The position numbers were made by a program, and so were the translations under genes. DNA of 64,000 nt from Chrysomallon squamiferum (lineage: Eukaryota; Animalia; Mollusca). This document shows positions 55,501-64,000 of the stretch, piece by piece. Position 1 is the first letter of the stretch, and each line of letters starts with the position of its first letter. The stretch is from NCBI GenBank assembly GCA_012295275.1, contig CM022678.1, forward strand, positions 3,410,001 to 3,474,000. Direction: 5' to 3'. The notes under the pieces were generated by a model, which saw nothing but the letters and a program-made list of their open reading frames with translations, had not been told where the DNA came from and searched no databases.

Positions 55501-58500
55501 ATACAAAAACGTTTCTGAACATTCAAAATAAAATTCAAATAAAAGCTAGAATAAATTTCATAATTTAAATAAACAAAAAATATTTGATACATACAAAATT
55601 TCTTATATAATACAGATTATATTATAGAAATTATATACTTAAAATATTTGTAAATATTATCTACCTCTCCAAAAGGAGTGTAGAACTGAACTACATTCAC
55701 TTCCTTGTCCTGCCCCAGTGCATGCTGGGAACCTGCGACTGCCAACACTGAGCCTAAATGATTCCAAGCAATCTGAGCAACATGCATGCCTGTATCTATC
55801 AAAATTGGATCTGAAAAAAAAAAAAATTAAAATAAAATAAAATAAATAAATGTTTTAATGCATATTAAATCTTAACCATTTTGTTAACATCTTCTTTAAA
55901 TATTTTCATTTTTCTTTTTTAGATAAACAGTTCTTAAAATAAATTAATATTGTTAAATAATGATTTTTTTTTCAAAATTTATATTTACTTTCATCCACTT
56001 CGTGTCTCATGATCTGACAACGGCCGTTGTCAAAGCACAGAGCCAGTGAAGGACAGTTTGGCTCAATGTAACCGTGTGTGCCGTTGTACCACACCAACCC
56101 TGCGATGTGGATGGCACCACTGACGTTTGAGAGGCAAAACACTTGTAACTTGGTCTGTGAAAAATATAAATTTATAATTTTTCATATGCAAATACATACA
56201 TGTATAAAGACATTCATTAATTCATAAATACATACACACATATATAATATATATATATATATATACATACACACATACATACATAATATATACACACATA
56301 CTTAAGTAGGTATGTATATATACACACATACATAATAAATACATGTGTACATACATACATATCTTGGTATACAAACATATTTTAATTAAATTTAAAATTC
56401 TATCAGCGCTATTGGTAAGCTGAATAAAACCATTTTCCTAAATACAGTATTTGAATCAGTTTTTAAAGATCAAAGTAACACCATCATTTTTACATGCATT
56501 GTTTCATATAAATTCAATTTAATTTTATAAAGATTAATACAATCAGATTGCAATCTTTCTCAATTAATAATTAAAGATAACTTCACTAACAAAAATAAAA
56601 TAAATGATAAATAACTTTTGTGAAACTGAAAAGAGATGGCAGTAATTTAGAAGCAGGTAAAAGAAATACCACATAAAACTTACAATAAAATTTCCAGTAT
56701 TATCAAAGATGTGAACTTCTCCATTTACCATTCCAAACAGAATCTTTTTCCCATCTGGTGACCACTGAAGAAAAATAACAAATTATTATTTTATTTTAAA
56801 TAAACATTAACAACAGATAATTCAGTTAAATAATTTCTAAAACTACCATTAATAAAAACATAGAATTTCTGTTCTTGATAAACTAGTAAAAAGGGAGAAA
56901 TTATAAATATTTACCTCAACATTTGACAACTGCATTGATTTGAGTTCCTTCCCCCAAATCCTGTTGCCATCAACAGATCCTACTATGACAGCTCCTGGAA
57001 AATCATTACAAGTATTCATATTTTCATCCATAGTAAATTTTGTAATACACATCGACTGTTATATTACAACCACACACACATATGCTCAGGAACACACATA
57101 TACACATAAAGATATACATATATTCCTCTTTTTTCTATTTTTCAAAATAATCTTACTAGTTTTTGTTATTTGTTATTTATTTTCAGTTTGATAAATTATT
57201 AAGTATGCACACACGTGTGTACATGCACATTCCTTTTCACTCTTATTTTCTATTTTTATTTTTCTGATACTACAACAATGTGTAAGACATTCATTTAGTC
57301 AATGAGGCTGAGTCTAATGCTGATTGCCAGTCTCCCAAAGTATATTTTAGTTGAGTTTGTTCCATCCACTACTGATAAAAAAAAACCCATCAAATTTCAC
57401 TTCTGACACCAGTCACAATACATACACACACTCGGACACACACATACACATTTCATAAATGCATACATCCCCTTTTTATAAACTTCCTTTCAATGTCATA
57501 TTTTGGGTCATATTTTATTATATTTGATAAATTATCTTTAATATAACCAGTATATAATGGAGCTGAATTCTCATGATTATGTTTTAAAATCTCTTTGATT
57601 GAACTGTACGTACCATCTTCATACACGATGCATATTTTCTGTCCCTCAGCGTTCCACTTCATTCCTCTCACCACAGATTTATTTCTATTGTTAATCATCT
57701 CTTCATACCAAGATCCTTGAAAATAAACATTTTATTTTTATTTTTTTTTTTAAATCTTTTGGCAGATCCATGATGTTATAAAAGAATGAGGTTGCATCAC
57801 TTGGCTGATAAAACTTTCAACATTAAATGATTTTCATACTTTTAAAAACAAAAACGAAATAGATCAACAAAGAAGATTTATCATGTAAAGTGTATGCAGT
57901 GGTATATCTAATATGACATGAAACCTGGGTGCCCCTGAGCACTTTTCATTTAACTTTACTGGAATTGTTCAGCTGATTTTATGTAAAGTTATCTCATGTC
58001 AGATGTTTAGACAGGTGTGCAATTTCAGTGCTTGCCATTTTCTTTAACATCTTGTAAAATAATCCTGAAAATAATATTTAATTTCTCTGTTGTTTTCAAG
58101 ATTTGTTTTTTTGTTTTTCAGATAGTTATTTGTTTGTTGTTGCTTTTTTGCCATAACAATTTTCTTTTTTTAACATTTTGTAGAAGAAAACAATTTCAAT
58201 TAAAAAAAAAGTTTAAAATTTAACTAACTAAAAAATAATGAAATAAAAACAATTTATAAAATAATTTATCAAGTTCATTAATTCTATCAGACTCACCTTT
58301 ATACAACATCCATACAATGATGAGTCCATACTGGTCACTAGTGGTCAGTTTCTGAAACTGTTCATTCCATGTAACACACTGGACAGCTCCTGAAATGATA
58401 TCAGGACTTTGAATAAAATACTATACTTTTTTGTGTTGATATTCTAGTATTAGCAAGAATTAAATACAAGAATTGTGATAACATAATCAGAATATTAGAC

Positions 58501-58625
58501 TGTATAGATATATACATAAACATAGACAATGTTTACTAACATCAAACAGTAAATACACCACATCATACGATGAATTTAAGGAAAACAATGAATACATGGA
58601 AACATTATTAAAAGTTTATTTTATA

Positions 58626-58665
<40 letters not shown>

Positions 58666-60068
58666 GTGTCTGGGTGTCTGTGGGTTAAAAATAAAAATAT
58701 TTCATTGGACATTTTGAAATGCATTTTCAACTGTTCATCATACATTAATATATATCACATTAATTAATATGTGTGTGTGTGTGTGTATGTGTGTGTGTGT
58801 GGTTGAGTGTGTGTTATATACATTGCTTCTGTTTTGTTTCATTTCTAAACAACAAAGACAGACTGACCACTGTGACCTTCCAGGGACTGGTTCATTGACA
58901 GATTACTGGGAGCTGCAAGACCTTTCACTTTGACATCTTTACCTAAAATAATAAACATTTCACATTACATCATTCCATAGGTTTTCAAAATGAAGAGGAA
59001 CATTTATCATGGTGGCTTTATCTTTTGAGTTTTTATTGTAAAGAAAAAGGTTTGGATATCAAAATATATAAACATAAATTAGGTTTGGATTCATTTATGT
59101 AACTGATTAAATAATAATTTATAATTCTGATGTCACTTATGTTAGTCATAATTAATGTTTATAATCTAGTTTTAATTGTTATTTTATTCATTTAATAACT
59201 TTAATGAAACATCAAAGTAATTATCTGATTCTAAAGATCATGGTACTGAATGAATTTTTACAGGTAACACATATGTCAACCAGTCAGTCTAAATTTACAG
59301 AAAATATGATTATTTTGATTAATATGCTCCCATTTTCATTTTTAGTCAACTTCCCATCTTCATTTTACATTTATTTAAAGTATTTAAAATATATTCACCA
59401 GTTTGTGTTTCAAGTTTTAAAACTTTGAGTAATCCATCTTCTCCTCCACATGCGATAAAGCCCTGTTCATTATTCCATGACACACATCTCAACTTTGTGT
59501 TGTTGGGAATGGCAATCTGAAAATTAAAATAAATAAATTGTGGTAATAAATTAATTTTTCTACTTTGATCCTTCTTGTTTTTGTGGTATAGTTTTGATGT
59601 GCTTTCTTAATAATATTTATCATAAATGGTACATAAGTAAATCCATAATGATAATAAAATCTCTTTATTATCAACTGCAATAAACAAAATAATAGTTTGA
59701 ACAATAAAACATTATTTGTCTTTTGAAATCATAATTGTTTGTAATATTATTAATTTAATAATTATAAACTTACACAAGCCAATAATAATTGTCATTTTAT
59801 ATAATTAAAATAAACAGAAGTGATATTATTTTAGATTTTAGTTTATTTTAAATGCCTATTGATCAATTTTTGTTAAACTGAAAGTTATAATTTATTATAA
59901 AATTGTTTAAAATGATATGTTTCATTGACTGTCAGACTAGCCGCTTCGCACTCAAAGCTTCATTGACAACCACCTAAAAACATTCTTATCGTTTGATTTC
60001 ACTTCTAAAACATATGCAACTTCAACAGAACTTTTGCAGCTCACCTTTTTACTCAAATATACAAACAT
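41529..60068 (-). CDS. WDR35: WD repeat-containing protein 35 / IFT121 (IFT-A complex)
   Basis: 31 exons: 60045-60068, 59399-59516, 58868-58942, 58297-58389, 57614-57715, 56915-56994, 56684-56764, 55989-56154, 55665-55810, 54998-55123, 54312-54404, 53744-53836, 52910-53105, 52260-52332, 50057-50110, 49467-49576, 48799-48940, 48343-48411, 47826-47954, 47631-47719, 47079-47282, 46348-46491, 45780-45910, 45360-45422, 44694-44906, 44188-44343, 43927-44059, 43240-43326, 42570-42699, 42288-42356, 41529-41700. Diagnostic [61 protein letters not shown] and a C-terminal Cys cluster (CIVTGRP..CPLCH). Two internal frameshifts (52957-52962 and about 45807). Confidence 0.97.
43370..43540. repeat. Three tandem copies of an approximately 57-bp unit (WDR35 intron)
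   Basis: cattatcattacatagcacaac(c/t)aaataattgtt.ttattttatcat repeated three times. Confidence 0.9.
43805..43915. repeat. About 22-bp minisatellite next to a WDR35 donor site
   Basis: Five units of ctac(a/t)gact(a/g)tctccaccccc. Confidence 0.9.
49550..49940. repeat. Tandem 84-97 bp repeat derived from the WDR35 exon-16 acceptor junction
   Basis: gattcag..ctcctgattctctcccctgaaa...aatttactaaattattt..taaagtttttatt occurs five times. The first copy is the real exon start. Confidence 0.9.
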
Positions 60069-60268
60069 ATTTAGGTCTGTAAATTTGAGAAATAATATCT
60101 AATAAGAAATTTTCAGCAGACACTTTCCCTCAAACTTTTGCTCAAGCCATCATGTCTATGGAATGTTTATGTCGGTAATTTCCGTTCCTTTCCGTACAAA
60201 TAGCATTTTACGAGACCCATTGAATTGTGGGAAACATCCTTTTCCCTGCAAGGTGTTCCAATCGCTAG
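60069..60268. promoter_or_regulatory. Bidirectional promoter WDR35 / RPL30 with TCT initiator and non-coding RPL30 exon 1
   Basis: Plus-strand TCCTTTTTCCC at 60237-60246 (5'TOP/TCT), then a short exon to donor GT at 60269 and acceptor catag at 60394-95. The WDR35 ATG is only about 170 nt from this initiator. TTCCG ETS-like motifs at 60180-60194. Confidence 0.75.
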
Positions 60269-60418
60269 GTTGGTTGTGTGAATGTTCTGTAGATGAAAAA
60301 AAGTTTCAAAGAATGACTTAGTTTTTCTGTGGTTTTGGTTTTGTTTTTTAAATGAACATTATTTAATGATACATTTTGTTTCATATTATTCATAGGTTGA
60401 CCGATTAAAGAGACAAAA

Positions 60419-62906
<2,488 letters not shown>

Positions 62907-64000
62907 AATGTGAATTAAACAAAAAAATAAAAAAAAGTAAAAATAAACTTTTTACACAACTGGACCCACTTCTGTTCTGATGTTCTTACTCAATTGTAAT
63001 GGAAATATGTATTTATAATTAGTTTTATACCTAAGAATTAATGCTTCATTTCTGGTCAAAAGAAAATTATTGTTGTAGTTCACAAATAATATTACAATAT
63101 TAACAAATAGTTTGTTTTATGAGAAACAAATAGTGCAAGCTGAAATCTCCAGTCTTAAATTATGATGGGAGGTTAAAAAAAAAAAAAAAAAATAAAATAA
63201 CCAATTATGTTAAGGTTTTCCAGTGGTAAAAATCCTTGTTGCTGACAAAAATTGGTTTTCTTTTCCCAATTTTAAACTGAATATAAATTGTTGTTGGGAA
63301 AACAAAAAAAATTTGAATCGGAAAGTTATTTTGAAGATAGTTATTACTCCCAAGTCCATTTATATAATATAAATGTTCATCCAAAACATTTGTAGAAAGG
63401 TTTAGCCCAATCATTTTGGAGGATGGATTTTTGAAATGGACTCATAAAATGACAAAAAAGTACTGGAACAAAATGGTGTTGAATATATCTGTACAAATAT
63501 CTAAATATTGACTGCATTATTTAACTTTAAAAATGCTAGGAACTTTTGTTTCCAAATGCCCAAAATGGCTGATAAATAAAATTAAGTTCTGTTTCTAAAT
63601 TTATTAAACATTTTAATAAAACTTGGTAATTTATTAAAATGATCCATAATGAAGCTGATGTGTACCTTGGTATTTTATTTAAATGATTAATAATTAATTA
63701 ACATAATTTATTAGAGTGATTAATAATATTACATATATACCTTGGTAATTTATTGAAATGACTACCATTTTAGCAGGAAATGGGCTATTCTCAGATTGAT
63801 TTTTTTCAACAAGGAAACTTTTTTATCAGAATATTCCTATAAACAAAAAATAACAGCTTTGTGTTGGACATGCCAATCATGGAACATTGGCTGGAATGAT
63901 GAGCCACTGAGCACAGAGCAAAGCTTTGATCATGTAACCTCTTGTTCAGTGATGTGCTAACACTGTACAGCATCTCTAACAAAAACAAAAACAAGTTTTG

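Noticed and set aside
41529-60068. WDR35 as a pseudogene
   Set aside because: All 31 exons keep splice sites and strong conservation; only two small indels, and similar ones occur in neighbouring genes.

Overview
AT-rich, microsatellite-dense, intron-rich animal genomic DNA. It is probably from an invertebrate and looks mollusc-like, but the taxon is my inference. I reconstructed five spliced genes by hand from GT-AG boundaries and codon phase. (1) The 5' part (11 exons, about 1215 aa, running off the left edge) of an uncharacterised giant secreted protein on the minus strand. It has repeated Gly-rich cassettes (GGHGGRGG, GSGG, GGGSGGSI, GGGGGRI, GGPG), an inserted F5/8 type C (discoidin) domain and a 568-codon beta-solenoid-like exon. 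(2) RPLP1 (-). (3) TXNDC5/ERp46 (+), with three WCGHC thioredoxin domains and C-terminal RDEL. (4) WDR35/IFT121 (-), 31 exons. (5) RPL30 (+). Each ribosomal-protein gene sits head-to-head with a non-ribosomal gene, and the two inner genes converge. Five internal frameshifts fall in three genes, mostly at homopolymers, so assembly error is the most likely cause, although two end at CCC-TGA. Also seen: candidate intronic H/ACA snoRNAs in RPLP1 and RPL30, candidate WDR35 microexons, a tandemly amplified splice acceptor, TA-flanked MITEs, and LINE and SINE remnants. Most ORFs in the supplied track are simple-repeat artefacts. No database searches were run.
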